This document shows positions 10,841 to 25,863 of a stretch of DNA of 64,000 nucleotides, in pieces. Made by a program: the position numbers and the translations under genes. Each line of letters begins with the position of its first letter. The first letter of the stretch is position 1. Origin of the DNA: Octopus sinensis (lineage: Eukaryota); the NCBI RefSeq assembly GCF_006345805.1, contig NC_043024.1:5456001-5520000 (forward strand), written 5' to 3'. Below the pieces are notes generated by a model. That model ran no database searches. It had not been told where the DNA came from and saw nothing but the letters and a program-made list of their open reading frames with translations.

Positions 10841-13800
10841 AACACTGACGGGGTTGGTGGCGTGGGTATACTTATCGCTGAGAAATGGGTAGATAAAGTA
10901 ATTGAGGTAATCAGAGTATGTGACAATACTTAAGATTAGATTAGTGCTTCATCATGGATTAGCAACCATGATATCGGCCTATGCTCCTCAGCCGGGGTTA
11001 CCTGATGGACAGAAAGACCGATTCTATGACACTCTGTTGCAGACTACCTCGTTGACGAATGACAGACCTTCTCTTTGTGGCTGGTGACTTCAATAGTCAC
11101 ATTGGACGACATGCTGGGGGCTTCCATGGCGTACATGGAGGCTATGGCTATGGTTCCCGCAACGAGGAGGGAACCAGGCTGCTGGAGTTCCGCGATGCAA
11201 ATAATCTTATGATTTGCAATACTAACTTCAGGAAACCTACCAGCCACCTAGTCACCTACCGATCGGGCCAACATACCAGCCAAATTGACTACATCCTTGC
11301 CAGGCAAAGGGAGAGATGGCTACTTATAAATGCCAAAACCTTCCCAGGCGAAGAATGTACCCCACAACATAGACTGGTAGTTAGTGACTTTAGGATCAGG
11401 ACTAAGAGGACGACCAACATGGAGAAGAAGGATCTTGAAGCGTAGAGATCCTACGAATGGACAGAGATTTAGGGACATGCTACTTGAAGCTTTTGACGAA
11501 GTAGAAGGGGATAGAGTCCCCTCTCGTCCCAAAGTAACGTGGTGGTGGAACAGTGTTGTAGACAGGGCTATTAGAGAAAAGAGACAGACTTAGAAGGACT
11601 GGAAGAATGGTGGTAGCAGGGAATTGTATCAGACTGCTAAAAGGGAAGCTAGGAGACAGGTCTATCTAGCCAGAGGGGAAGCAGATAAGAAAAAATTTGC
11701 CAATGTTCTGTGCCGTGACGACCAAGGACTGGAGGTGTTTTGCGTTACAAGACAGTGTGTGAGAGAGAATTGTGATGTGGTAGGAGAGAAGTGTGTTCGC
11801 ATGGTAGATGTTTCACTTGCGCTAAATGAGGATGCAAAGAGAGAGGTTTGGAGACGCCACTATGAAAGATTGCTGAATAAAGAAAATGAATGGGATAAAG
11901 AGAGTCTGCCGAATGTTGACCCAACAGAGGGACCAGCTATCAGAGTTGATAGTTCCTTGGTAGTTAAGGCAATTAGAGGCATGAAGACAGGGAAAGCCCC
12001 AGGCCCATCAGGTATCACTGCAGAGATGCTCAAAATATCTGGTAGTGTCGGCTATAGCCTAGTCACCCATATAGTTAATCAGGTGATACACGAAGGAGTC
12101 ATACCCAATGACTGGTGTAGCAGCATAATAGTCAACTGTTACAAAGGTAAGGGTGACGCCCTAGATACAAATTATTACAGAGGTATCAAGCTGTTGGATC
12201 AGGTGATGAAGGTTACAGAGAGGGTCATAACCCAACTAATTAGAGAGAGAGTTAGTTTAGATGAGATGCAGTTTGGGTTCGTGCCAGGGAAAAGTACCAC
12301 TGATGCTATATTCCTGGTAAGGCAGCTGCAGGAGAAATACCTAGCCAAAGATAAGCCCCTGTACCTGGTTTTCGTTGACATGGAGAAAGCCTTTGACAGG
12401 GTCCCCCGATACCTCATCTGGTGGTCAATGAGGAAACTAGGGATAGATGAATGGTTAGTGAGAGCTGTGCAAGCCATGTACAGGGACGCTGCTAGTAAGG
12501 TGAGGGTTGGCAACGAGTACAGTGAAGAATTCCGGGTAGAGGTAGGGGTCCACCAAGGCTCAGTCCTCAGCCCCCTCCTATTTATCATAGTCCTACAGGC
12601 AATAACGGAGGAATTCAAGACAGGATGCCCCTGGGAGCTCCTCTATGCTGGTGACCTTGCTCTAATTGCTGAGTCACTATCAGAACTGGAGGAGAAGTTT
12701 CAGGTGTGGAAGCAAGGTTTAGAATCGAAGGGCCTTAGAGTCAATCTAGCTAAAACCAAAGTCGTAATAAGTAGGAAGGTAGACAAATCACAAATGCCTT
12801 CAGGTAGATGGCCCTGCTCGATTTGTAGAAAAGGTGTAGGTAGAAACTCTATAAGATGCACCAAGTGTAATTTATGGACACATAGGAGGTGCAGCAATGT
12901 CAAAGGAAGGCTAACTAGGAAGATGGTTTTTGTATGTGGCAGATGCTCGGGAGCATTAACCTCTGAAAATCTGCAGAAAACAACTTCCGTCACTTTTCAG
13001 GGGGAAAAACTAGAAGTAGTTGATAGCTTCCGTTATCTTGGTGACCAAGTCAGTAGTGGGGGTGGGTGGGCTGAAAGTGTAACGGCTAGAGTAAGAATAG
13101 CCTTGGCAAAGATTAGGGAGCTCTTACCTCTGCTGGTGACTAAAGGCCTCTCGCTCAGAGTAAAAGGCAGACTGTATGATGCATGTGTATGAACAGCCAT
13201 GCTACATGGGCCGTGACTGCTGAGGACATGCGTAAGCTCGCAAGAAATGAAGCCAATATGCGCCGATGGATGTGTAATGTCAGTGTGCATGCTCGACAGA
13301 GCGTTAGTACCTTGAGAGAAAAGTTGGACCTAAGAAGCATCAGTTGTGGTGTGCAAGAGAGACGATTGCGCTGGTATGGTCATGTGGCGAGAATGGATGA
13401 AGATAGGTGTGTGAAAAAGTGCCAATCCCTAGCAGTGGAGGGAACCCATGGAAGAGGTAGACCCAGGAAAACTTGAGACAAGGTGGTGAAGCACGACCTT
13501 CGAACTTTAGGCCTCACTGAGGAAATGACCAGCGACCGAGACCTTTGGAAATATGCTGTGCATGAAAAGACCAGGCAGGACAAGTGAGCCCAGCCCACTT
13601 ATGCATGCCTTTCCTCCCTTGGACACACAAAGACCTGTTGAGGCAAGTGAAGTCGATATCGAACCTCATCCGATGACAGGCACCTATGCCAACCCCCCTT
13701 TGCTTGCGAAGACCTGTTGGGGCAAGTGAAATCGAAATTGAACCAATCCTATGATTGGCACCCGGCAGATGCCAGGAACCCTGGACTGGAGATACGTAAA

Positions 13801-14172
13801 AAGCACTACCTGAATCGTGGCCAAAGCCAGTGCCGCCTCGACTGGCTTCCGTGTCAGTGGCACGTAAAAAGCACCATCCGAATCATGGCCGAAGCCAGTG
13901 CCGCCTCGACTGGCTTCCGTGCAGGTGGCACGTAAAATGCACCAATCCGACCATGGCCGATGCCAGCCTCGCCTGGTACCAGTGCAGGTGGCACGTAAAA
14001 AGCACCCACTACACTCATGGAGTGGTTGGCATTAGGAAGGGCATCCAGCTGTAGAAACTTTGCCAGATAAAACCGGAGCCTGGTGCAGCCTTTTGGCTTC
14101 CCAGATCCCCGGTCGAACCATCCAACCCGTGCTAGCATGGATAACGCACGTTAAACGATTATGATGATGATG
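10841..14172 (+). mobile_element. 5'-truncated RTE-clade LINE (partial APE, RT with PHD-like insert), inactive
   Basis: AGDFN, SQIDYIL, GKAPGPSG, DMEKAFD, VHQGSVLSPLLF, YAGD (mutated YADD); stops and frameshifts; (ATG)n tail. Confidence 0.95.
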
Positions 14173-14714
14173 TAATTTTTTTACTATACACTTCTCGTGT
14201 TTTAGATAAGAAATTGTGCCCATGTAAATTTTAAAATGTAATTTTTTTCTGTTTATGAGAAAACTGGAAAAATATAAGCGAATATTTATTTTATGATTGC
14301 TGTGTCTATAAAATTGTGCATAAAGTGTATTAAGTAATTACCGTATTCCAATTTCCTTCAGTTTTCAGTGAGTAGCAGATGAGCGACTATCTTTTGATGC
14401 AGACACAATACAGGCTCCACTTTAGAGTATTTTGGTTTCAGGAATAACCCAATCCATTGCCTCACTAGACACCGAGGCCATGACTAGTGACCAGGAACTT
14501 TTGTTTTTGGAAATGGATAAACAGCTTAAAGATTATATAAATATATATTTATAAAATTAAAGACTTAAATCTGTACAAGATGCAAAGCAAAAGAAAAGAA
14601 TTCAATTAAGAATGCATCTGGTGAAAGAATATTGGTTTAAAAAACATACGACATAAAAATGATAACAATGAATACTATAAGGAATATGAGGGAGATAGGG
14701 TGAATCCTTTCTTT

Positions 14715-15125
14715 TTGACAATGGTCGGGCATTGTCTTGTTGGAAGACTAATGCTTTTCTGTTGGTAATCTCCAGCCGCAGTTCTTTGATATATTTTGGT
14801 TCAAATTAGCCAGTTGACGACAGAACACATCAGAATTAATGGTCTGGTTTTATGGGAGAAGGTCATAATAAACAATGCCTTTATGATCTCACCAAACACA
14901 AAGCACAGGTGTGTTGCCATGGATATTCATCTTTGGTTGCTTGGGGGATATTTCTTCAAACTCTAGAATCAGTTTTGCACAACATTAAGCATGCAATCCA
15001 TTTTTCATCTCCAGTCACAAGTCGTTTCCAAAAAAGGGCATGCTTTCTTTCCATTTCAAAAGCATATCCCAAATGGAATACTGGTCCCAGCAATTCTTTT
15101 CTGAGTGTTTCAAGCACCCATATAT
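14715..15125 (-). mobile_element. mariner transposase remnant
   Basis: Minus strand encodes VTGDEKW and QDNARP motifs; paralog of 26965-27362. Confidence 0.75.
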
Positions 15126-15540
15126 TAGAATAAGATAGAAAGAGGGACAGAGAGAAGTGTACATAATATGTGATAGGGGAAACATATAATATTTATTACA
15201 TCGTTAAAAACGTTAGTTGAAGTTGATGATATAGAGAAGTTAGCAATATAATTTTAGCAGAGTGGTGATGTTCTGATGGTGAGATTTAAGGCACAGAGAT
15301 AGAGAGATGATGGTTGTGGTGGAGGAAATAGTGATGGACAGTGCATAGTTAAAAGTAATTTGTTTTTAATTGAACAAAGTTTTTTATGTCACTTATTTGC
15401 AGAATCGTATGTATTTCTGTGTAAAAAGTACAAAATCACAATAATTTGATTTTTCTCCCCACTTTTTTTACATGAACAAAACGACAGCTTCCAAATATTG
15501 TTTTCTAAATGGGTAAGAAAGATCAAACTTTAAACCACAG

Positions 15541-17968
15541 TGTTACACATTCATATCTATGTGTATACACAGGTATACGTATGTAGAATACATCCGCACT
15601 TTTGGCACTATTTTGTTAGTAACAGTACGAACTGTGTCTAAAGTATATATGTATCACTACGCTGAATGTAGTCCAGTTTGTGTAACATGAAAAAGTAAAT
15701 AAACACGTAAAACAATAACAATGGCTTCATATTGGTTGTCTATCCCATTAGAACGAAATAACACATAACATGGTGGCAGCGGTGGGATAATTAATCGGAA
15801 ACTGTGCCTTTACAACAAAACAGAAACACAACGAACCAGAAATTAACAAACAAAACATCGCTTCGTCTTCGGACACACATACACGAGGATCAAAAATGGC
15901 GACCCCCGTCACCGTACAGATGAATTTACATCCAATCATGAACTGGGACTCCGATGATATCGCGGAAGCGTTTAAGAAATTTAAACAGAAAACTCAACTA
16001 GCTTTCAAAAGTTTCCTGAAAGGCACGACTGAAGATGAAAAGGTAAGCTATATCCTTTTATGGACGGGAGAAAAAGGCATAGACTTATTCAATAGCTGGG
16101 ACATGTCAGAATCGGATTGCAATAACCCAGACACACTTTTAGAGAAATTTGAAAGGCACCTAGAGCCAGATCGAACCATAAAATTCACAGATTCAAATTC
16201 CAGGGCCTAAAACAAGACCAACAAGAAACGATTGACAATTTCCTGTCCAGACTAAAGAATGTTGCTGAAAAATGCAAATTCAAAGATAAGGACAAAAGAA
16301 TTGTTGATCAACTAATATGGGGGTGTGCTCATAAAGAAGTTCAGAAATCCCTCATAGGTAAGGACGCTCTCCAGTTGATAGAAGCAGTAGACACTGCAAG
16401 AACATTCGAAGCCACTACCAAACAAATGGCCTCACTTACCTTACAAACAAGCTCACTAGGCAGCAGTGTAGATATTGCATCTAGGCACAGGACGAAACAT
16501 ACCCGCAAACAAAGAACATGCCAGTACTGTGGTACAGAGCATGAGTTCGACAACCGGAAGAAATGTCCTGCATTCGGTATACACTGCAAAGCATGTGGAA
16601 AACTTAACCACTGCAAAAAAATGTGTAGGTTGACAAAATCCCAGAAAAACAAGCCCCAACTTTCAAAGAGGAGCGGAAATAGAAGAAGAGATATACATGC
16701 CCAACGACAGGAACAAAACACCTCAGAGGAGGAATTCTTGGCAGTCGGCACAATAAATGTGCATGAGATGGGAAATGGCGACAAGAAAAAAAATGAGGCA
16801 TACACAACAATAAGAATACAAAAGAAGTCTGGCAAGAAACGAATAAACATTGACTTAAGGCTGAAGATTGAGACTGGAGCCCAGAGTGATATCTTGCCTG
16901 TCAACCTCCACAAAAAGATGTTCCCAGAACACATGACACAAGAGGATAAAGTCAAAGAAGGAATCCTCACACCAAGTGATGTAATCCTCACTGCGTACGG
17001 AGGTACCAGGATTCCACAACTGGGCAAAACAACAATCACAGGGACACACAAAGGAAAAACAATCAAGTGTTCTTTTTATGTCACAACAACAGAAGGTCCA
17101 GCAATTCTTGGACTCAATACCTGCAAAAAGCTAAATATTGTGTCAATCAATGGTGAAGTGAAGGCAACTCCGAGCAGGATTGACAGAGATATGCCTATCA
17201 AAGACCGACCACCAATCACAAACAAAGAGGAACTGATAAGCATGTACCCTGAATGCTTTGACGATACAGTCGGGTGCTTTGTGAAATGTAGATACCATAT
17301 AACAGTCGACCCCAATATCAAACCAATTGTTCACCCACCTCGCCGCGTCCCTCTAGAACTAAAAGAGAAGCTGAAGACAGAGTTGGACAGAATGGAAAAA
17401 AAAAAATCACCAAAGTGACACGACCAACAGACAGGGTGAATTCAATTGTAATCAAGGAAAAACCCAATGGTAGCCTACGGATATGCCTCGACCCAAGGGA
17501 CCTGAACAAGGCATTAAAAAGAGAGTACCATCCAATTCGAACCCTTGAAGAAATCACACCATCATTGACTGGGTCCAAATTATTCCGCAAACTGGATGCC
17601 AGCAATGGGTACTGGAATGTAAAGATAGACAAAGTCATCCATGCTCACTACCTTCAACACACAATTTTGGCAGATATCGATTCAACCGACTCCCATTTGG
17701 ATTGAAGGTGAGCCAAGATGTTTTCCAGCGCCAAATAGATGAGACCTACCAAGGCTGCAAGGGAGCAATTGGAATAGCAGATGACATCCAAGTGCATGGC
17801 AAGGATGAGACCACACATGACTTCAATTTACATGAAGCTATGGAGAAAACCCGACAAGCAGGCATCAAACTCAATGCGGACAAGTGTGTGATCAAAGCAA
17901 AGGAGTGCAAATTCTTTGGAATTATATACTCTGCAGTGGGAGTGAAACCAGACCCTGCTAAAGTGGAA
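15541..17968 (+). mobile_element. Gypsy LTR retrotransposon, 3'-truncated (LTR 15541-15770, gag, protease, partial RT)
   Basis: TGTTA..TAACA LTR; PBS follows; CCHC knuckles; IETGAQ protease site; LRICLDPRDLN and IADD; breaks at 17968. Confidence 0.93.
15771..15788 (+). other. Primer-binding site complementary to tRNA-Leu 3' end
   Basis: TGGTGGCAGCGGTGGGAT directly after the LTR, complementary to ...ATCCCACCGCTGCCACCA. Confidence 0.8.
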
Positions 17969-18156
17969 CATATCTATCGTAATAACACCTCCTGGACATT
18001 GCGTCTGTCCTAGACACACACCAATATACATGTCAATGACACTAGATATCTGATGGTTTCACCTCAGTCACGTGTCGTATTAACACAGCTTCTTTTGTTA
18101 ACATAGACATCACTCCTCCTCTGCCTCCTTCTGTACATTTGTAAATACACAAGAAA

Positions 18157-18420
18157 GAAACTATATGAATGTGATATCAATGGTAAGCCTTTCATTTAAA
18201 ATGATCCATTAACGAATCAAAAGAGCATTGACAGAGGAAGGAAAACATATCACTGTGATAGCAGTGCTTAATCATTTTATCAAAATGGAGAATTATACAG
18301 TCATATTAATATGAAAGATAAAGCATACCCTAAGACATTTGTGCTAAATCAATCTATGAAAATGATCAATTATTAAAACATAACTGCATTCATACAGAAG
18401 AGGAACCATATCACTACAAT
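18157..18420 (+). pseudogene. Orphan degenerate 3' tail of a C-type ZNF gene
   Basis: Start matches 57656-57710 downstream of gene C; eroded finger motifs. Confidence 0.7.
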
Positions 18421-19675
18421 GATGATAATCATCATCATTTAAAATTCGCTTTTCCATGCATCTGTCTATCTGATGGAATTCATTGATGGAGATTTTCCTG
18501 AGCTGGGTACCCTTTCTTGTCACCAATCCTCACCTGTTTCCAAACAAGGAAATATTTTCCCTGGTGAGACATATTTTACGCAGAGGACTGGAAATGAAGA
18601 ACTGCACAAGTATAACGGTCATGATGGCCATTTACGGACATCACATAATATCTGGACACACACACACACATGTATATATGAAGAATTTCTTATAAGAGAT
18701 ATTTTACATATTTTCTCTTTGTCTAAAAGTTTGTAATTCCTATTAGGAAATGAAACACATGTAATGCTGAATAAATTCTATCAAACTGTTTTCCAGTCTC
18801 CTTATGTGATATGTAATTACTCTGCAAAAAATATTATCCAAACCTCAGACAAAAATAATATTTATGTATATATATAATAACCAGCTGTTATGCTTTCATC
18901 AGATTAGTGGAATAAATGAGGGGTGGGGACAGAAGTGGAGAAAAGGGAGGGAGAAATAGAGTAAGGTGATCTTATAATAATTCTGCTTCTCATTCTGTTA
19001 CTTAGCTCGTCAGTAACACTTTCATGTTATTAGAGAAAAGGGGGGTAGAGAGAGAAAAGATGATAAGACAAAGAGTGAGGCAAATAGAGAAAGAAAGAAA
19101 AGGGAGAGACAAAAATACTAAGAAAGAAGCAAGCATGACATGTGATGGGGGGAATGTAATAGTTATTTTATGTTTAAAAGAGCTAGCTGAAGTTTGTGAT
19201 ATAGAGAATAGTTAGAAATATAATCTTAGCAGAGGGGTGATGTTCTGATGTTGATATTAAAGAAAGGCACAGAAAGAGAGAGATGATGGTGGTTTATAGA
19301 GACCATCACTCAACACTTGCACTTCTGTGCAATTTGTTTATCGTCTTCTCACTTAAGAGATTGATATTTGTTTCTAAGGATTAATTTAGCCTAAACTATG
19401 GATTCACAAGAGACACAGTTGCAAGCTGCCTGAGAAAAGATGCACAGATCTAGAGCATGGAACACTAAAAAGATGTAATAAAAAAGAGGAAAAAGATGGC
19501 ACCGATGGTGTTGTGAGGAATTGGATGTAGACAGATGCCAAGTATATTCAAAGAAAGCTAAAACTATGAATGCTATAAAAATGCAAATCATCCTCTCTTT
19601 CTTAAATAGGTCCTCTTAATTTTTTTCATTCTGTAGAATTTACATGGGTCCCACTAGTAATTAATAAGAAACTAA

Positions 19676-19892
19676 AGTGGCGAACTGGCAGGGTCGTTAG
19701 CACATTGGGGAAAATGTTAGCTGTGGTTCTTCTGGCATGACATTTGCATTTAAATTCTGTCAAGGTGGACTTTGTCTTTCGTCCTTTTGGGGGTTGGTGG
19801 AAGTAATCAACAGTTGAGCATTAGAATCGACATATTCAACTTAACACACACACCCGTGGAATTGCTGGCCTTGTGCCAAAATTTGAAAACAG
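19676..19892 (+). mobile_element. Old Meta-domain-like SINE
   Basis: tggcgaactggcag..tcgttagca head, gactttgtctttcgtccttttgggg core, ggccttgtgccaaaatttgaaa tail; related to 34965-35120. Confidence 0.55.
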
Positions 19893-19984
19893 TATGAACT
19901 TTAATGTCGACTTCTTGCTCTTGCCTGTGATAATGCCAGAAGCACGTTGGTTTGCTTCAGTAGGTTCTATTGAACCTTGGTGTC

Positions 19985-20060
19985 TGGCCAACAGAGGAAT
20001 TCTATCAAAGCCTTTCTCCAGGCCAACAAGTGCCAAGTATAATGGTTTATTCACGACTTA
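19985..20060 (-). mobile_element. Short old RTE RT fragment
   Basis: NKPLYLALVGLEKGFDRIP resembles KPLYLAFVDMEKAFDRVP. Confidence 0.5.
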
Positions 20061-21952
20061 ATACTTGTATTGCAGTTGTAAGTAGGCAGACCTATACACA
20101 CACATATATTACATTAAAAATGAACTTCAATTTTGCTTCCAATGTTACATAGCCAAAATGGCACATAATGGGGAAAATACTAAGAATTAAGACTTTCCTG
20201 AAATGTGAATACAAATGGAATAAAACAAGTTTCGCGTGAATTGGACAACTGGTTCTTGAGATATTAGGAGTTTTGTGGGGTATAAATACCCAAAACAGTG
20301 CATATTGAGAAAATCCACCAAAAATAACTTAACCCTGAAAAGGAAGAATTTCTAGCTTTTCGGTTAGACACATTATGACTAACTTGCCAACAAAAAAAGT
20401 TGTTTTTACAGGAAATGTTTCTACTTTTGCTTTTTTGTATTTATATTTTAGCTTTCTTTAAACAGACAATTTTATTTATTTTTTTATTATTTTCAATTGA
20501 ATACCATTACAAAAATTGTTTTGGCATATTTAAAAAATATTTTAAAGTGAAGATGGCTTTAGAAATACTGTAAATATTTCGTAAAAGACCTGTTCATAAC
20601 CTCACTGAAATAAATTCTTTCCATAGGTTTTTTTCCAGTGCATTCAATGTATCTCATCTCCAAAGATTCGGTTACTATTTCTAGCATGCCTTGTTACCAT
20701 ACAACAGCTATTTACGATAAAGGACTCAAAATAACTGTTACATGGTAGCAGGGCATGCAAGAAATAGTGGCCGAATCTTTCTTTTTCTAAGGAAAGGAGC
20801 CCTTTACGTGTAATTTCAATGTCACATACGTTGAAAGCATGTAAAATAACCCAGAAAAAAAACAAAATACAAAATAAAACTGTTGGTGGGAAACTCCAAG
20901 GTCCCCCCCCTTCTTTTCCAGAAGAATCTGGCGGGTGGTGGGTTTGGACTGAGCATCGTTGAATGCACTCAAAAAAACGTGTGGAAAAAATTATTTCACA
21001 CCAAAGTACAAACGGGTCCTTTATGAAAAAGAAAGGACGGGTCATTTGAAGCTTTCTGTCCCCTGTAAAGAACCAGATCATCCTCGCAATTTCAGCTGAT
21101 TAATCTTGAGATTGCTCCAATCTGGCCAGCCCCAAGGAAATACTAAGCTAAGAGCATCAGATTCCTTGGAAGAAAGCATGGAATGTATACGAAAATAAGG
21201 ACGGAAAAACAGACGATGTTACACAAATATAAATACAAAATACAATAAAAATATTAATAATAATAACAGGACATAACAACAGGTGTCTTTCGACTGGGGA
21301 CGAATTGAATTCAGCTGGTGTGTGTGGAAATGAAGCCTTACGGCAGAGATACAGAGCTTTCACAAACACACGGAAGAATATCAATGTTGCACTGACCGTG
21401 GTCAGACGCAAAAAGAGGGCTAACCATCTGGCCTATCGGTCACATGGGAAAAGAAGAGAGAGAAAAAGAGGAACAAAAGAATTAAGGAGGGGAAAGAGAG
21501 GAGAGAGAGTTGTAGAAGCAGATGAACAGAAGAATTAAGGAGGAGCATATATATATATATATATACACACACATATTGTTATGAAAGTCTTTTCCTTGGG
21601 AAGTAAAATAGCGGATTTCATTTGGGGCATATAGATTTGAACCTGAAAACAGCATTTTCCCACAGAAAAACAGTAGTTGACAACAGTGACACTCCACACA
21701 TACCCTCTGCCAGGCCAATTGATATGTTTTCCTATTTCACCCCTAACCTCTTCTATACCACCAAAAGTCAAAATTAAATGAAGAGTTACCTACATCAGTT
21801 TCCTCATTGTTCTCGGCAATATGCCTCTCTTTCTCGCTATATTGCACTTATAAAATACTAGAATTTCGTAAAGCAAAAGCCAGTTGGTGAAATGAGATGA
21901 CCAGAGACAGCCATGATACATACAACTTTCACCAGCTCATCTTTCTCTAGCA

Positions 21953-22530
21953 AAGGCACAGGAGTGGCTGTGTGGTAAGTAGCTTGCTTACCAACCACAT
22001 GGTTCTGGGTTCAGTCCCACTGCGTGGCACCTTGGGCAAGTGTCTTCTACTATAGCCTTGGGCCAACCAAAGCCTTGTGAGTGGATTTGGTAGACAGAAA
22101 CTGAAAAGAAGCCCATCATATATGTATATTATATATATATATATATATATAGGCACAGGAGTGGCTGTGTGGTAAGTAGCTTGCTTACCAACCACATGGT
22201 TCTGGGTTCAGTCCCACTGCATGACACCTTGAGAAAGTGTCTTCTGCTATAGCCTCGGGCCGACCAAAGCCTTGTGAGTGGATTTGGTAGATGGAAACTG
22301 AAAGAAGCTCGTCGTATATATGTATATATATATATGTGTGTGTTTGTCCCACCAACAATGCCTGACAACCGATGCTGGTGTGTTTGCGTCTCCGTAATTT
22401 AGCGGTTCGGCAAAAGAGACCGATAGAATAAGTACTAGGCTTACAAAGAGTAAGTCCTGGGGTCGATTTGCTCAACTAAAGGTGGTGCTCTAGCATGGCC
22501 GCAGTCAAATGACTGAAACAAGTAAAAAAA
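21953..22530 (+). mobile_element. tRNA/CORE-like SINE with duplicated head (21953-22150 then 22152-22530)
   Basis: aggcacaggagtggctgtgtggtaag head occurs twice; paralog at 57953 has one head. Confidence 0.9.
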
Positions 22531-22574
22531 AAAGCGACAGGCTTTAAAGAAAGCATCGTTCAGTCTTCCTCCTG

Positions 22575-22840
22575 AAGTGATATGGTTTCTCCCCTGTATG
22601 AATTAGTTTGTTTTTAGTTAAGCTATAGTTTTCAGGGAAAGATTTACCATAGATATCACATTGATATGGTTTCTCCCCTGTATGAATATGCTCGTGTGCA
22701 ATCAAGTTTCTTGCAGAAGAGAATGATTTCCCACAGATATCACAGGAATAAAGTTTCTCCACTGTATGAATTCGTTTGTGTTCATTGAATTTACTTTCTT
22801 CTGAGAAGTCATGTGAGGATTGTCCTAATTCTTCTGTCAT
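22575..22840 (-). pseudogene. Truncated C2H2 ZNF gene D
   Basis: [46 protein letters not shown]; first finger internally deleted, array cut at about 22575. Confidence 0.8.
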
Positions 22841-23417
22841 CACTTCAGAAAAAATATAATCAATCGAAGAATATTTCTTCTCTCACCAAAATTTATGGAT
22901 ATTTTTCTTCTTTTTGCTTTTATAGTTTATTCCAAACAAATATCACTTCTCTTATATTTCTTCTAAATGTGATCAATATGTTTTATAGAAGCAGGATTAT
23001 ACGTTTGTAGAATATCTTTGCAGAGTCTTTCAAACATGAGACATATTGATGATTCTTTAAAAGTAAAAAATACTTTTTAGCCAATTTCATGTGATTTTCT
23101 GAAAGAATAGAAAAAAATAATATAAGACATAGAATAGGTTTAAAAGGTAGATATTAAAAAATGCGAATTTATGCCATTTCTGTTTTAATGGATTGTAGAA
23201 GTTAACCTGCATTCAAACTAATAAACTTACCCAAAAGTTAATAAATTACGAGCAGATTCAATAATTATAATTGCAACTCCTGGACATTAAATCTGTGACA
23301 CACACGCTCTTTCTCTCTCTCTCACACACACCAATATAGATGTTAATGGCCTAGATAACCAATGTTTTCACCTCGGAGTTCTATCTTGTCAACACAGCTT
23401 TGTTTAGTAACACAGAT

Positions 23418-23708
23418 GTGGAGGCACATGGCCTAGTGGTTAGAGCAGCCGACTCATAGTCGAGGGATCACAGGTTCAAATCTCAGACCGAGCAATGTGT
23501 GTGTTTATGAGTGAAACACCTAAGCTCCACGCGGCTCCGGCAGAAGGTAATGGCGAACTTCTGCTGACTCTTTCGCCACAACCTTCTCTCACTCTTTCCT
23601 CCTGCATCTTGCAACTCACCTGCGACGGACTGGCGTCCCGTCCAGGTGGGGAACCTATACGCCAAGGAAACTGGCCCTTATGAGCCAGGCATGGCTCGAG
23701 AAGGAACA
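23418..23708 (+). mobile_element. tRNA-derived SINE with 12-bp TSD
   Basis: A-box tggcctagtggtta, B-box ggttcaaatc; TSD agtaacacagat at 23406-23417 and 23709-23720. Confidence 0.88.
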
Positions 23709-23739
23709 AGTAACACAGATATCACACCTGTTTTGCCAC

Positions 23740-23990
23740 CTGAATAGGCAGGTGCATTGTCACTCCCTGGAGGCATCGAATTGTGGCCCTTTCCAATGAA
23801 TAGCATCCCGCAAACATCACAGTAGAACTCCTGGTTTACTATCTGACCAGGTGGAGCATACTCATGATGAACAATCCCCTGGAATTGAAGAAAACGGTCA
23901 ACAGTGTCTTGACATTTGTCAGTCTTGGAGAGGTCGAGGTTTTCAACTTCAAAGACTGAACCTTTAGGGGAAAATTGCTGTTCGCTTGAA
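23740..23990 (-). mobile_element. mariner transposase remnant (second family)
   Basis: GIVHHEYAPPGQIVNQEFY and DNAPAY motifs. Confidence 0.7.
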
Positions 23991-24171
23991 GCATTGCACA
24001 CTGTTCGTAAAAATAATGCATTGAATGGCACAAGAACGGATTATAATAACCTTTGTAATTCAATCATCCATAGTCTGATATAATATTTCAGAATATAAAA
24101 ATCCCTTCTTCAGATATCCCTGGGAATTGATCGAGTCACTGCTATAATCGGTTTTCCAAAACATTCCCTCA

Positions 24172-25530
<1,359 letters not shown>

Positions 25531-25863
25531 AACAGAAGTCTTTCCTTATGAAGTGGGTCCATAACACAGTGATATTTGTTGTACAACATTTCTTCAGAAG
25601 GACAAAGGACGTATCTCATAAAGACATCCACAGAATATAGAAACTATATGAATGTGACATCTATAGTAAATCTTTGACATGAAATCATCCATTATTGAAT
25701 CAAAAGAGCATTGACAGAGGAAGGAAAACATATCACTGTGATGTTAAACCTGAATCATTCTTTCAAAATGGTGAATTGTTTGTACACAGTCCTATTAATA
25801 TGAAAGATATAACTGTAACCTAAGCTATTCGTGCTTAATCAATCTACGAAAATGGATCAATTA

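Noticed and set aside
20644-21081. 145-aa minus-strand ORF
   Set aside because: No recognisable motif; cannot be supported as coding
21270-21330. Possible hammerhead on the minus strand (cgaaa motif)
   Set aside because: No CUGANGA or UUGANAA core with pairing stems found
23418-23495. tRNA gene (also 21955, 54292, 60041)
   Set aside because: A/B boxes continue into SINE bodies, some with TSDs; no complete cloverleaf or terminator
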